From positions 23,622,001-23,686,000 of the forward strand of contig OZ024762.1 in assembly GCA_964016885.1 (NCBI GenBank): 64,000 nt of DNA, written 5' to 3'. Each line of letters starts with the position of its first letter. Position 1 is the first letter of the stretch. The translations under genes were made by a program, and so were the position numbers. The DNA comes from Eledone cirrhosa. Lineage: Eukaryota. A model generated the notes under the pieces. It ran no database searches, was not told where the DNA came from, and worked only from the letters and a program-made list of their open reading frames with translations. Shown one piece after another: positions 47,794-61,211 of the stretch.

Positions 47794-48922
47794 TAATCCC
47801 CCGTTTATCGCGGGGGATACGTTCCAGAACCAACCGCGATAAATGAAAATCCGCGATATAGAGAGACCATAAAGACAACAGTTGTTTTCATAGTTTAAGT
47901 CTTCAAACACCTCTCCTTCACGTTTTAAGTACATATGAACTCATTAAAACAAACATTTGTATCTAAACACCAAAAACAGTCAGTAACGATCGTACAGAAA
48001 CTACCATCAACCATCGTACCACTGGTTACCAATGAGGACCATTGCCAGCCACGGTAGCCACTTGGTAATACACTGCACATCTCCCGTCCATCTATGAAAG
48101 GTTTGTAGTAGATTAGAGAAAAACAAAATCAGTAAAACAGTAATTAGATGAAAAATAAAATTGTTTTTATAATTAAAGCCTGAAAATGCTCCTTCCTCGC
48201 GATAGACACTTCATTCACATTGAAACTTATTTAACAAGTTTAAAATGTAAACACTTTTTATTCAGATGTACGTACTGCGATAAGAAAATAGATATTTTCT
48301 AACGAAAAATCCGCGATGTAGCGAGGATTACCGCGAGAGGAAATTAAATATGTTCCAAAGAAAAATCCGCTATGTAGCGAGAATTACCGCGAGAGGAAAT
48401 TTGATATGTTCCAAAGAAAAATCCGCGATGAAGCAAGGATTACCGCGAGATGAAATTAGATATGTTCCAAAGAAAAATCCGCGATGAAGCGAGGATTACC
48501 GCGAGAGGAAATTAGATATGTTCCAAAGAAAAATCCGCGATGAAGCGAGGATTACCGCGAGAGGAAATTAGATATGTTCCAAAGAAAAATCCGCGATGTA
48601 GCGAGGATTACCGCGAGAGGAAATTAGATATGTTCCAAAGAAAAATCCGTGATGTAGCGAGGATTACCGCGAGAGGAAATTAGATATGTTCCAAAGAAAA
48701 ATCCGCGATGTAGCGAGGATTACCGCGAGAGGAAATTAGATATGTTCCAAAGAAAAATCCGCGATGAAGCGAGGATTACCACGAGAGGAAATTAGATATG
48801 TTCCAAAGAAAAATCCGCGATGTAGCGAGGATTACCGCGAGAGGAAATTAGATATGTTCCAAAGAAAAATCCGCGATGTAGCAGGACAGCGAAGTGAACC
48901 GGGATATAACGAAGGATTACTG
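47791..48922. mobile_element. Tigger/pogo-type (Tc1/mariner) non-autonomous DNA transposon
   Basis: TIRs CAGTAATCCCCCGTTTATCGCGG / CCGGGATATAACGAAGGATTACTG, flanked by TA. Confidence 0.85.
48304..48882. repeat. 56-bp tandem array (~10 units) inside the MITE
   Basis: AAAATCCGCGATGTAGCGAGGATTACCGCGAGAGGAAATTAGATATGTTCCAAAGA, period 56. Confidence 0.95.
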
Positions 48923-49049
48923 TATAACCAAATAAAGAAATATATATACAGGGAGAGAAAGAGTGATATATCGTATGAGAAACACGGTATATGGTTTATA
49001 TACCAAATATATATTCTATAGAATACGTACACCAGTGGAATCATAAGTA

Positions 49050-49210
49050 AAACCTTATAGCGCTATTTCATACCTGGAGTGTATGGCTAAAAATCGATCT
49101 ATGTATTCAATCATTGAATGAAAAAAAAATCAATCAATATATTCGATCATCGAAGACAAACTATCGATTATGATTAAACCACATGAGACTCAGGTACTTA
49201 TCAGAGGTTT
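49050..49210 (-). ncRNA. Type I hammerhead-like motif with 128-nt stem II region
   Basis: Minus strand: AAACCT-CTGATAA-GTACCTG...CAGGTAT-GAAA-TAGCGCTA-TA-AGGTTT. Confidence 0.65.
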
Positions 49211-49229
49211 AGTTTCACCATTCTAAGGG

Positions 49230-49314
<85 letters not shown>

Positions 49315-49356
49315 GTATGTATGTATATGTATATATGTATGTATATATATATATAT

Positions 49357-49640
49357 ATTGTTATACTTGGGAAGGGTCATATTTGTGTAATATTGCCAGA
49401 ATTAATAACAGAACACACTCACTGTTTGGTTGGTTTTCGCTTTTCGCTTCTGTGTCTTTTATATCGGTAATCTAATTTATTCGGTCCTCAATGTTGCCAT
49501 TGACTGACCAACGGTCAAAAATAATACAGATACAATATAGACACAAACACATATTTATAGTTTATCAAAGTTCTTTCGTTGCACATCTGCAACATCGTCA
49601 GTAGTGCTATTGTTTCCTCCCGTTACATTGTATGTCTACG
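49357..49640 (-). mobile_element. Solo family C pLTR-like unit with hammerhead core
   Basis: Homologous to 28505-28790; minus strand CTGACGA-t-GTTGCA gatg TGCAAC-GAAA. Confidence 0.7.
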
Positions 49641-50460
49641 CCATCTTTATTTAGTCTGTTTATATATTTATTTATTTATTTGTTGTGTTTGTTTATTTTA
49701 TTTTGTCAATTTTCGCATGCATTTGCGTGTGTGTATAGTGTTTTGTTTGATGTGTGTTCGTGATTGGGTGACTGTGTATTGGTTAATGTATTCTATCTTT
49801 ACTAGTGTGTGTTTATATGTGTTTGTTGTTATTGTGCTTGTGTATGTATTTATTTATTTATTTATCTATTTATTTATTTATATATACTTCTCTTAGGTCA
49901 GTGTTGTTTGTTTGGGTCTTGTTGTTATTCCATTCATTCTGAAGCCCTGAACCTTTCCATCATAACTTAATATAAGAAACTTTGCTAAGTTATGTTCCAA
50001 ACAGCAGTTTAATAATGAGAAATTTAGCCTCTTCCAAAGTAAATTCCCTCTAATATATTTGAAGGCAGTTATCCTTCATATTATAATCGTAAATACAAAA
50101 TAAAAGATTTCAAATTGTCTGAACATTGTCTTAACTCAGGCCGCAACTCATGGTATATGTCGCTCTTACCGGCTACATAGCCTCTTCCGCAAATAAATGC
50201 CGTGAGAAGTATTATTCCAATGTTTAATAAAAGATCTTCAGAGAATAGCGAAATAAGAATTAAGTAAAAAAATATTTTAAAAAACCCGACAAGAAACCGC
50301 CATCTTACGATCGTCTGCTTCTTCCAAAATAACTTCGTCCCATTAAGTTATTCATGTTTCTACTAAATCAATTTGTTCTCGTGTTTATTCAATCAATTTC
50401 TGTGTGTGTTTGTGTGTGTTTGTGTGTGTGTTTGTGTGTAGGTGTGAGTGTGTTTGTGTT

Positions 50461-50528
<68 letters not shown>

Positions 50529-50728
50529 AACATCGTTGTATTTTACACATACAACATCTTCCACAAGATTTAACAAAAGAGAGAGGGAGAGTGTGTATGT
50601 GAGAGAGAGTAAGTGAGAAGAGGTCAGGAGAGAGAAGGGGAAAGAGAGAGAGAAGGGGCGAAGGTGAGAAAGAAAGAGAGATACAAAGTATGTATATGTA
50701 TATATATATATACATGCATATATATATA

Positions 50729-50825
<97 letters not shown>

Positions 50826-50829
50826 TAAT

Positions 50830-51011
50830 AAAAATAATGAATAAAAACAAAGAAACAGTTCCTTATATTCAAAAATTCATCATTTTACGATCGTTTCTAG
50901 GATATATATGTGTGTGTTGGTATGTATATCATATAGATCTATGTAAAATTTTTACGAACTATCAGAGGGAATATACATACCTACACATATATATGCTGCC
51001 TTCAGAAATAA
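50830..51011 (-). mobile_element. Diverged family D unit
   Basis: Homologous to 42460-42660. Confidence 0.7.
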
Positions 51012-51035
51012 TATATATATATATACATACATACA

Positions 51036-51599
51036 TGGTGGCTGCCAACTCGTTTTCGAGTACGGCCACTACTTTATATCCATGTAGGAGAACTCCTACC
51101 GAAGCGCTGAACGAGTGTGACTTTTTAGTCCAGCCAGCGACTTGAAAACTCTGGTACAAACACTACACTTGTGACAATTATTGACACATAGTGCTGGGCC
51201 AATGGTACCATGTGACGACAAGTGCAGAGAGATCTCCAGATATAAAGCAATGCCTGTGCCGTAAAGCTTTTATAGTGAGCAAAGGCACTGCACAAAGCCA
51301 GTCCCACTCTCTTAACCAAGATGATATTTACCAAAAAGAAGAACAAGTCAACATCATTGGATACCATCAGAGTTGCAGGTGTTATATCAATCAGAGTTTT
51401 TCCTTCTCCTAGAGTTCTGCCTTGACAAAGGCTAAGGGGTCATCTCTCCCGGTGATTTTGGATGGCCATTGACTCTTAAGAGCTCCTTTGCCCTTTGACA
51501 AGTTTTGTTTTTAGTCCTGCAGGATGTCCAAAGTCACCCTCCTCACCAAGAAACCTTGGTGGGGTTGCCAGTTTAGTCGCCAACGACCCGACCATGAGA
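51036..51599 (-). mobile_element. RTE-derived non-autonomous element, slightly 5'-truncated
   Basis: Near-identical to 38881-39430; (CATA)n on both sides. Confidence 0.8.
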
Positions 51600-52100
51600 T
51601 ACATACATACATACATACATACATACATACATACATACATACATACACATACCCACAAACATATATATACTTTATACGTATATACATACAACACACATAC
51701 GTGTATGTATGTGTGCGGGTCAGAACACAAACGTTTTCTTCCTGAAAATGATAGAAAGTATAAAAGAGATATAGAGGTTAATGACCTCCCGGTACTCGTC
51801 TGGTAGTTTATGGATTGACCTTGAAAGGTTGAAAGGCAGAATTGGCCTTGACTGGAGTTGATCTCAGGGCCCAGATAGCCCGGGATAAATGTTGCAAGGG
51901 CATTCTTTCTTTCCGACGTCCTAATGACTCTGCTAATTCACCTTCTGGGTGTGTCGCGAGCTGGAATGGCTCTTCCAGCGTCTCACCCTTACCAATTTCC
52001 GGAGAAACACCTTCTCTATTCTGTCCGCCGGGGCCGCGGGCCGGCCAGGGCGTGGGACCCCATTTGCTCATAATAGTGAGAGATCAAGAGAGCGGGTTAG

Positions 52101-53748
52101 ACGGAGAGACGGAGACTGTGACAGTGGGAGTTTGGTTCCTTTGTGTTCGGTCCTAGTGTATATATTAGATATGGGGAGTGCGGGAGAGACGGGGGCTGTG
52201 ACAGTGGGAGTTTGGTTCCTTTGTGTTCGGTCCTAGTGTATATATTAGATATGGGGAGAGCGGGAGAGACGGGGGCTGTGACAGTGGGAGTTTGGTTCCT
52301 TTGTGTTCGGTCCTAGTGTATATATTAGATATGGGGAGAGCGGGAGAGACGGGGGCTGTGACAGTGGGAGTTTGGTTCCTTTGTGTTCGGTCCTAGTGTA
52401 TATATTAGATATGGGGAGAGCGGGAGAGACGGGGGCTGTGACAGTGGGAGTTTGGTTCCTTTGTGTTCGGTCCTAGTGTATATATTAGATATGGGGAGAG
52501 CGGGAGAGACGGGGGCTGTGACAGTGGGAGTTTGGTTCCTTTGTGTTCGGTCCTAGTGTATATATTAGATATGGGGAGAGCGGGAGAGACGGGGGCTGTG
52601 ACAGTGGGAGTTTGGTTCCTTTGTGTTCGGTCCTAGTGTATATATTAGATATGGGGAGAGCGGGAGAGACGGGGGCTGTGACAGTGGGAGTTTGGTTCCT
52701 TTGTGTTCGGTCCTAGTGTATATATTAGATATGGGGAGAGCGGGAGAGACGGGGGCTGTGACAGTGGGAGTTTGGTTCCTTTGTGTTCGGTCCTAGTGTA
52801 TATATTAGATATGGGGAGAGCGGGAGAGACGGGGGCTGTGACAGTGGGAGTTTGGTTCCTTTGTGTTCGGTCCTAGTGTATATATTAGATATGGGGAGAG
52901 TGGGAGAGACGGGGGCTGTGACAGTGGGAGTTTGGTTCCTTTGTGTTCGGTCCTAGTGTATATATTAGATATGGGGAGAGCGGGAGAGACGGGGGCTGTG
53001 ACAGTGGGAGTTTGGTTCCTTTGTGTTCGGTCCTAGTGTATATATTAGATATGGGGAGAGTGGGAGAGACGGGGGCTGTGACAGTGGGAGTTTGGTTCCT
53101 TTGTGTTCGGTCCTAGTGTATATATTAGATATGGGGAGAGCGGGAGAGACGGGGGCTGTGACAGTGGGAGTTTGGTTCCTTTGTGTTCGGTCCTAGTGTA
53201 TATATTAGATATGGGGAGAGTGGGAGAGACGGGGGCTGTGACAGTGGGAGTTTGGTTCCTTTGTGTTCGGTCCTAGTGTATATATTAGATATGGGGAGAG
53301 TGGGAGAGACGGGGGCTGTGACAGTGGGAGTTTGGTTCCTTTGTGTTCGGTCCTAGTGTATATATTAGATATGGGGAGTGCGGGAGAGACGGGGGCTGTG
53401 ACAGTGGGAGTTTGGTTCCTTTGTGTTCGGTCCTAGTGTATATATTAGATATGGGGAGAGTGGGAGAGACGGGGGCTGTGACAGTGGGAGTTTGGTTCCT
53501 TTGTGTTCGGTCCTAGTGTATATATTAGATATGGGGAGAGTGGGAGAGACGGAGGCTGTGACAGTGGGAGTTTGGTTCCTTTGTGTTCGGTCCTAGTGTA
53601 TATATTAGATATGGGGAGAGTGGGAGAGACGGAGGCTGTGACAGTGGGAGTTTGGTTCCTTTGTGTTCGGTCCTAGTGTATATATTAGATATGGGGAGAG
53701 TGGGAGAGACGGAGGCTGTGACAGTGGGAGTTTGGTTCCTTTGTGTTC
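52101..53748. repeat. 80-bp tandem array (~20.6 units) directly upstream of an RTE endonuclease relic
   Basis: ACAGTGGGAG recurs exactly every 80 bp from 52121 to 53721. Confidence 0.97.
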
Positions 53749-54732
53749 AGGGAAGCACTGCTCACCCTCGCACGAGGAGCCCTAACCAAATGCTCGTCCC
53801 ACACAAAACCGGCCAGTCTACCGCGGCCTGCGGTTTTACCCTTCCAAGCGGTCGAAACCAACATAATAGAAAGAACTTGATTCTTGGCGCATGGAATGTG
53901 CGCACCCTCATGGATAGGGCGTCCCCTCGTGAAGGGCGTCCCCCCAAGCGATAAACTCATCCTACTGGGGTACTTCAACGCAAGAGTCGGGTCTGACAGC
54001 AGCAACTGGAGAGGCATGCTGGGACCTCACTACACAGGGAAGCTGAACTCTAACGGCCTCATACTGTTGAGTTTCTGCGCCGAGAACGGCCTCACCATCA
54101 CCCGCACACTGTTCCGCCAGGCAGGCAAGTTCAAGACGACATGGATGCACCCCAGATCCAAACAGTGGCATCTGATTGACTTTGCCATATGCCGCAGGAG
54201 GGATATCCGTGACGTCACAATCACCAGGGCCATGCGTGGTGCAGAGTGTTGAACCGACCATCGCCTTGTCAGGACCTCCTATCACTGCACATCACCCCGA
54301 CGCATCGCAAGACACCGAAAGTCTGTAGGCCAGAGCATCGTGATGAGTTCGCGGAAGACCTGGACGGCCGGCTGACTGCCCATGGACCACTGACCGGAGC
54401 CCCAACTCAACAGTGGGACCAGTTCAGGTCGCTGGTGACAGAGTCAGCCAAGGCAACCATCGGGCCGAGGAAAAGAGTCCACCGGGACTGGTTTGATGAA
54501 AACGATGAGCGCATCAGACAACTCCTGGACAAGAAGAGGAGGGCTTTCATTGAGTGGCAGAATGACAGCTCCTCCACCTCGAAGTGCGACCGCTTCAAGC
54601 ACCTCCAGGGGCAGACCCAAGCAGCGCTACGCAGAATACAGGACAAGTGGTGGGAAAAGAAGGCCGAAGAAGTAGAGAGATACGCTGACACAAAGAACTC
54701 CAAGATGTTCTTCAGCGCCATCGGGGACGTCC
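53749..54732 (+). mobile_element. RTE-clade LINE fragment: APE endonuclease and linker, with deletions, a stop and frameshifts
   Basis: LILGAWNVRTL, LLGYFNARVG, NSNGLILL, TTWMHPRSKQWHLIDF, C*TDHRL, DWFDEND. Confidence 0.9.
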
Positions 54733-54736
54733 ATAT

Positions 54737-55290
54737 ATATATATTGTTATACTTTGGGAGGGTCAAGTTGCCAATAAGAAACACACGCACCAGTTGCTTT
54801 CACTCCAATTTATTATAAATTAAATTATAAAATTTAAAAAAAATTATAAATTTCCGGTTGGTTGGAGGGTTCCACAACCGGACGGTTGTTCATATATTGT
54901 CAAAGATCTTTCGTCACACATTCTGTGACCTCATCAGTGACCGGGATTCTTTTCTTTGTTTTATGCCTCTCCTTTGTTCTGTCCTACGCCATCTTGTTTT
55001 TGTGTGTTCTGTTATATTGAACACACACGAAAACAAGATGACGTAGGACAGAACAAAGGAGAGGCACAAAAACAAAGAAAAGAATTCCCGGTCACTGATA
55101 AGGTCACAATGTGTGACGAAAGAACTTTGACAATATATGAACAACCGTCCGGTTGTGGAACCAACCAACCAACCGGAAATTTATAAAAAAAATTTTTAAT
55201 TTTATAATTTAATTTATAATAAATTGGAGTGAAAGCAACTGGTGCGTGTGTTTCTTATTGGCAACATGACCCTCCCAAAGTATAACAATA
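54737..55290. mobile_element. Inverted pair of family A pLTR-like units
   Basis: 54737-55011 (minus) and 55020-55290 (plus), homologous to 6045-6330. Confidence 0.8.
54899..54941 (-). ncRNA. Canonical minimal type I hammerhead with palindromic GATC loop III
   Basis: Minus strand: GTCA-CTGATGA-g-GTCACA gaatg TGTGAC-GAAA-GATC-TT-TGAC. Confidence 0.8.
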
Positions 55291-55297
55291 TATATAT

Positions 55298-55435
55298 ATA
55301 GGAACGAGTAGGACCCCGACGGCTGAGCTCAAGCCGTTTCGACGGCTCGTTCCTATTACCCACTCTACTACCCTAAGTATTGAGTACTTTGGTGCGTTAT
55401 GGTCCACCTGGTTCCTTACCACATTTCCTTCGTTA
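55298..55435. mobile_element. Family B short inverted derivative
   Basis: Inverted short arm, then sense tail ending CCTTCGTT. Confidence 0.8.
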
Positions 55436-55516
55436 TATATATATCATTTTATCAAACTCTTGAAACTCTGACTTTACCACATAGCATGTATTTCATTTTC
55501 TTATAGCATTTTAAGA

Positions 55517-55603
55517 GGGTCCGTCGAGCTGCCGATTATTGAGTCGGGTAGGATCGATATAGATAGAACCTTGAGCTGATCAGTGGCGAAACGCGCGTCA
55601 CCT
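55517..55603 (+). ncRNA. Degenerate hammerhead-like motif
   Basis: GGGT-CCGTCGA-GCTGC...GTGGC-GAAA-CGCGCG-TC-ACCT; two core substitutions. Confidence 0.45.
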
Positions 55604-55685
55604 ATCAATAAATGCAATGAAGGAATAATCAATCGTCCTTTTTATCCTTTCTATATATATATATAGAGAGAGAGAGGGAGAGAGA

Positions 55686-55788
<103 letters not shown>

Positions 55789-55819
55789 AGAACAAAAGAT
55801 GGTTAAAGGAGTTCCGTGT

Positions 55820-55888
55820 ATTTTATTATGCGCATTTCAAAAACAAATATCATCATGCAATAATATTTGTGTTTTCATCAGATAAAAC
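55820..55888 (-). ncRNA. Canonical type I hammerhead
   Basis: Minus strand: TTTTAT-CTGATGA-AAACACAAATAT...ATATTTGTTTTT-GAAA-TGCGCA-TA-ATAAAA. Confidence 0.75.
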
Positions 55889-56012
55889 AGGAGGACATGA
55901 TATGAAGGCTAAAAAACACTTGTGGATAGTGCAGTTTTAAATCAACATATCTGCATTGCTTTATTGTACTACAATAAAACTCACCTCCTACATATATATA
56001 TATATATATATA

Positions 56013-56357
56013 TGTAGATAAATCTACCAAGAGTTTACGGTAGTGTCCAATCCGTATGAAGAACTCAATGTATTCCGGATATCATGGAAAGAAGAGATGT
56101 AATGAAAAATCACTTTCGGTGAAAGATAAACGGTATACAGAGTCAAGATAAAATATTAAACAAATAATGAATAAACAATGAGACAGTTCCTTATATTAAA
56201 CAAAAAAAGTTCATTATTTAACGATCGTTTCTAGGATATATATGTGTTAGAATTGGCATGCATATTCAACAGATCTATGTACAAAATTATACAAAATTAT
56301 ACAAACTATCAAGATTAAATATACATACCAACACATATATACGCCGTCTTCAGAAAT
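56013..56357 (-). mobile_element. Solo family D unit with hammerhead and tail
   Basis: Reverse complement of 42664-43008. Confidence 0.8.
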
Positions 56358-56514
56358 ATATATATATACAAACAGGACAGAGCCAAATGTAGAAGCTGCA
56401 ATGAAAACAACAAAACAACAATGACAACAACAAGAAAAAACATCTCTTAATCATTTATAATTGAAAACATCGGGAAGACAGTAGAGTTTATTTGGTACAC
56501 TGAGTGTATATTTG

Positions 56515-56521
56515 CTACTAT

Positions 56522-56571
<50 letters not shown>

Positions 56572-56665
56572 TTACTACTACTATTACTAATACTGCTGCT
56601 GCTACTGTTGTTGCTGCTGCTGCTGCTACTACCACTACTGTTGCTGCTGCTACTACTACTACTAG

Positions 56666-56702
<37 letters not shown>

Positions 56703-56745
56703 ACTACTACAACTACTACTACTACTACGACCACCGCTACTACAA
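56515..56745. repeat. (CTA)n/(CTG)n trinucleotide repeat
   Basis: Direct reading. Confidence 0.95.
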
Positions 56746-56859
56746 CTGTCAAAGCCAGATATTTACAATATTTACAATACACCCCCTCCTTATTCCACTC
56801 CACCCCACCCTTAAACTAATACTTTATTTATCGACCCTGTACAATGGATAGACAGTACC

Positions 56860-57248
56860 GGCGGAGCGTCGGACAACATGCTTCATGGGATAGAGTTACG
56901 GCCCTTTACGATCTGAGTTCAAATCCTGCCGGGGTTAACTTAGCCTTTCATCCTTACGTAGCCGATAAAATAAAGTACCAGTAATGCACTGGTTCGATTT
57001 AGTCGACTTTCCCTTTCCCCAAAAATTGTTGGCCTTGTGCTTAAAGTAGAACTATTATTGTGGATTGGCAGAATCGGTAGAGGGTCGGACGCCATGCTTT
57101 GACGCATAGAGTTACGGCCCTTGCCATTCTGTGTTCAAATCCCGCCGAGGTTAACTTTGCCTTTCATCCTTACGGGGTTCGGTAAAATAAAGTACCAGTA
57201 ATACACTGGGTATTTGCTGGCCTTGTGCCAAAAGTAGAAACAATTATT
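56860..57248 (+). mobile_element. Two tandem tRNA-SINE copies
   Basis: TGGCAGAATCGG A box, GTTCAAATCC B box, central domain. Confidence 0.8.
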
Positions 57249-57259
57249 TTTAAAATTCT

Positions 57260-59340
57260 TGATGATGATAATGACTAAGATGATGTTGGTGATGGTGTTG
57301 TTGTTGTTGGTGGTGGTGGCTGTGGTGTTGTTGGTGTTGTTGTTGTTGTTGGTGGTGGCTGTGGTGTTGTTGATGTTGGTGATGTTGGTGTTGTTGATGG
57401 TGGTGGTGGCTGTGGTGTTGTTGATGTTGGTGATGTTGGTGTTGTTGATGGTGGTGGTGGCTGTGGTGTTGTTGGTGTTGGTGGTGTTTGTGGCTGAGGA
57501 GTTGGTGGTGTTGTGGTGTTGTTGGTGTTGTTGTTGGTGGTGTTGGTGTTGTTGTTGTTGTTGGTGGTGTTGGTGTTGTTGTTGGTGTTGGTGGTGTTTG
57601 TGGCTGAGGAGTTGGTGGTGTTGTGGTGTTGTTGGTGTTGTTGTTGGTGGTGTTGGTGTTGTTGTTGTTGTTGGTGGTGTTGGTGTTGTTGTTGGTGGTG
57701 TTGGTGTTGTTGTTGTTGGTGGTGTTGGTGTTGTTGTTGTTGGTGGTGTTGGTGTTGTTGTTGGTGGTGTTGGTGTTGTTGGTGGTGTTGTTGGTGTTGT
57801 TGTTGGTGGTGTTGGTGTTGTTGTTGTTGTTGGTGGTGTTGGTGTTGTTGTTGGTGGTGTTGGTGTTGTTGTTGTTGGTGGTGTTGGTGTTGTTGTTGTT
57901 GGTGGTGTTGGTGTTGTTGTTGGTGGTGTTGGTGTTGTTGGTGGTGTTGTTGGTGTTGTTGTTGGTGGTGTTGGTGTTGTTGTTGTTGGTGGTGTTGGTG
58001 TTGTTGTTGTTGGTGGTGTTGGTGTTGGTGTTGTTGGTGGTGGTGGTGTTGTTGTTGTTGGTGTTGTTGGTGGTGGTGGTGTTGTTGGTGGTGGTGTTAG
58101 TGGTGTTGTGGTGTTGTTGGTAGTGGTGTGGTGTTGTTGGTGTTGTTGTTGTTGGTGGTGTTGGTGTTGTTGTTGTTGGTGGTGGTGGTGTTGTTGTTGG
58201 TGGTGGTGTTGTTGGTGGTGTTGTTAGTGGTGTTGTGGTGTTGTTGGTAGTGGTGTGGTGTTGTTGGTGTTGTTGTTGGTGGTGTTGGTGTTGTTGTTGT
58301 TGGTGGTGGTGGTGTTGTTGTTGGTGGTGGTGTTGTTGGTGGTGTTGTTAGTGGTGTTGTGGTGTTGTTGGTAGTGGTGTGGTGTTGTTGGTGTTGTTGT
58401 TGGTGGTGTTGGTGTTGTTGTTGTTGGTGGTGTTGGTGTTGTTGTTGTTGGTGGTGGTGGTGTTGTTGTTGTTGGTGTTGTTGTTGTTGGTGGTGGTGTT
58501 GTTGGTGTTGGTGTTGTTTGTTGCTGTTGTTGGTGTTGTTGTTTGTGGTGTTGTTGGTGTTGGTGGTGTTGGTGGTGTTGTTGTTTGTGGTGTTGTTGGT
58601 GGTGGTGGTGTTGGTGTTGGTGTTGGTGTTGTTGGTGTTGTTGTTGGTGGTGTTGTTGGTGTTGTTGGTGTTGTTGGTGGTGTTGTTGTTGTTGGTGGTG
58701 TTGGTGTTCTTTGTTGGTGGTGGTTTGTTGTTGTTGGTGTTGTTGGTGTTGTTGGTGGTGTTGTTGGTGTTGGTGTTGGTGGTGTTGTTGGTGGTGTTGT
58801 TGGTGTTGTTGGTGTTGTTGGTGGTGTTGTTGTTGTTGGTGGTGTTGGTGTTCTTTGTTGGTGGTGGTTTGTTGTTGTTGGTGTTGTTGGTGTTGGTGTT
58901 GGTGTTGTTGTTGGTGTTGTTGGTGTTGGTGTTGGTGTTGTTTGTTGGTGGTGGTAGTGTTGCTGTTGCTGTTGATGGTAGTGTTGTTGGTGGTGGTGGT
59001 GGTAGTGGTAGTGGTGTTGTTGTTGTTGGTGTTGTTGGTGTTAGTGTTAATGGTATTGTTAGTGTTGTTGTTGGTGATGTTATGCTTGTAGTGTTGCTGC
59101 TGGTGTTGTTGGTGTTGTTGGTGTTGTTTGTCATTGTAGTAGTGGGTTTGGTGGTGACGATGGTGATGGCGATGATGATTTGGTGCTGATGATGGCGATG
59201 ATGATGATGATATGTTTGCGATGACGAAGATATTGGTGGTGGTGGTGGTGGTGGTGGTAATGGTTGCAATGATCTGTTATGATGAGGATGGTAATGGTGG
59301 TGGTGGTGGTGGTGGTGGTGGTGGTGGTGGTGGTGACAAT
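57260..59340. repeat. 2-kb (GTT/GGT)n compound trinucleotide repeat
   Basis: Direct reading. Confidence 0.95.
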
Positions 59341-60122
59341 GATGCCTGCGATGATGATAATGATAACAATGACGTCAACGCGAACAACAACAATAACATT
59401 GTCATCATAAATATAGTTTTTACTTTACCGGAAGTAGATTCATCATCTTAAATGTTGTTTTTGTTTGTGTATTTATGTATTTATGTATTTATTTATTTAT
59501 CCATTCCTCCCTCTCCCTTTTTTCTCTCTCCCTCTCTTCCTCTCTCTTTCACTCTCTTTCTCTCTCTCTCTTCCTCTCTCACCATTCCTCTCTCTCTCCC
59601 AGCACTCTCCCCCCTCTCTCATTCACCCTCTCACCAGCCCTCTCTCACTGGCCTCTCTCCATCTCTCACCTACCTGTCTCTCCTTCTCTCCTACTCCTTC
59701 TCTCTCCCTCTATCCTTCTCTCTCTCTCCCTCTATCCTTCTCTCTATCCATCTCTTCATTTCTCTCTTCATCTCTCTCTCTCCATCTCTCTCTCTGTCTC
59801 CATTCCTCTCCCCCCCCCAGCTCGCTTCCTTATTCTCTCTTTGTTCCTCTCTCCCTTTCTCTCTCCCCTACCCCCACCCCTCTCTCTATATATATCCCTC
59901 TCCCCCTCCCTCTCTCTCTCTCTGTCTGATATATTTACTACTGTCGAAAGTAATGTGTAACACAAAAAGGAAACAAGCAAAATAAGAAAAAAATGAAACG
60001 TTTGCTCTCACGAACCAGCGAGGCATAGGTGTCTAACTTCCTGTACGACAAGGTAGCTACCGGAAGTACTTTAAACCAAACTGGGGTTAAAAAATAACCT
60101 TCCATTTCTTTAACAATTGCCA

Positions 60123-60188
<66 letters not shown>

Positions 60189-60260
60189 TGTAAGTTAATT
60201 ACTGGTATGATTCGGTTTGTTATATGATTTTAGCAGAAAGTTAAAAAAATAGACATTTCA

Positions 60261-60329
<69 letters not shown>

Positions 60330-61211
60330 TATTTGATTGATTATGTTGTGGTGTATACGTTTTTTATATTTTCTGGTACATATGCTTTGGTTATGTGTAT
60401 ACGGGAGTTTTGCGTCAGCGTGTGTATGCAGGTTCGTACGTATGTAGGGTGTGTGTATATGTGTACTTCATGTTTTGGCTGACTTACGTCTTCGAACATT
60501 TGTGTATTTACATGTAGGTATGTGGGTGCGCTTGTTATATATGTATTTATTTATTTATATACGTTTATTTATTTATTTATTTGTATACACGCACACACAC
60601 ACACACATATTTATATGTGCGTGGTTTTGTATACCTATGGCAAGTGTTTTGCGTATGCTTGTGTATGTACGTATTTGAATGTGTGTATGCATTTATTTAA
60701 TTTCTATTACCCCTGTATTTATTTACTTTATTCTTAACTCTGAAGCGGAGATTCATTCGGTTTCCTAGTTAGAATTTAGTCTACGACTTCAGCTATACCA
60801 TTTACGTGGTTTTGTCTTTGCGTGCAATTGTTCTCCACGCTCCACATATGACGTATTATCTTCGTTTTTTGCGTTCATTGCCAGAGAACGTCTCTATGCA
60901 CCACCTAAGAGAACATTAGTCTACGACTTCTTTTATACCATAAACGTGGTTCTGTCTGTGCGCGTAATTGTTTTTCACCGCTCCTATTAATGACGTATTA
61001 TATTCGTTTTTTCCCGTTCTTTGCCAGGGAACGTTTCCTCGAACCAAAGTATCGTCTTCCTGTCTTCCTCCGGTTGCAACGTTTTTTGAAATATCCACTT
61101 CTGCGTTTACAGATTGACTTTGTTAGTTTCAGAAGATCCCGTTAAGGGTGAAAGCAGCGATTCTTTGCTTAAACTTTAACCTGTTATTTTAATATATATA
61201 TACGTTTTATA

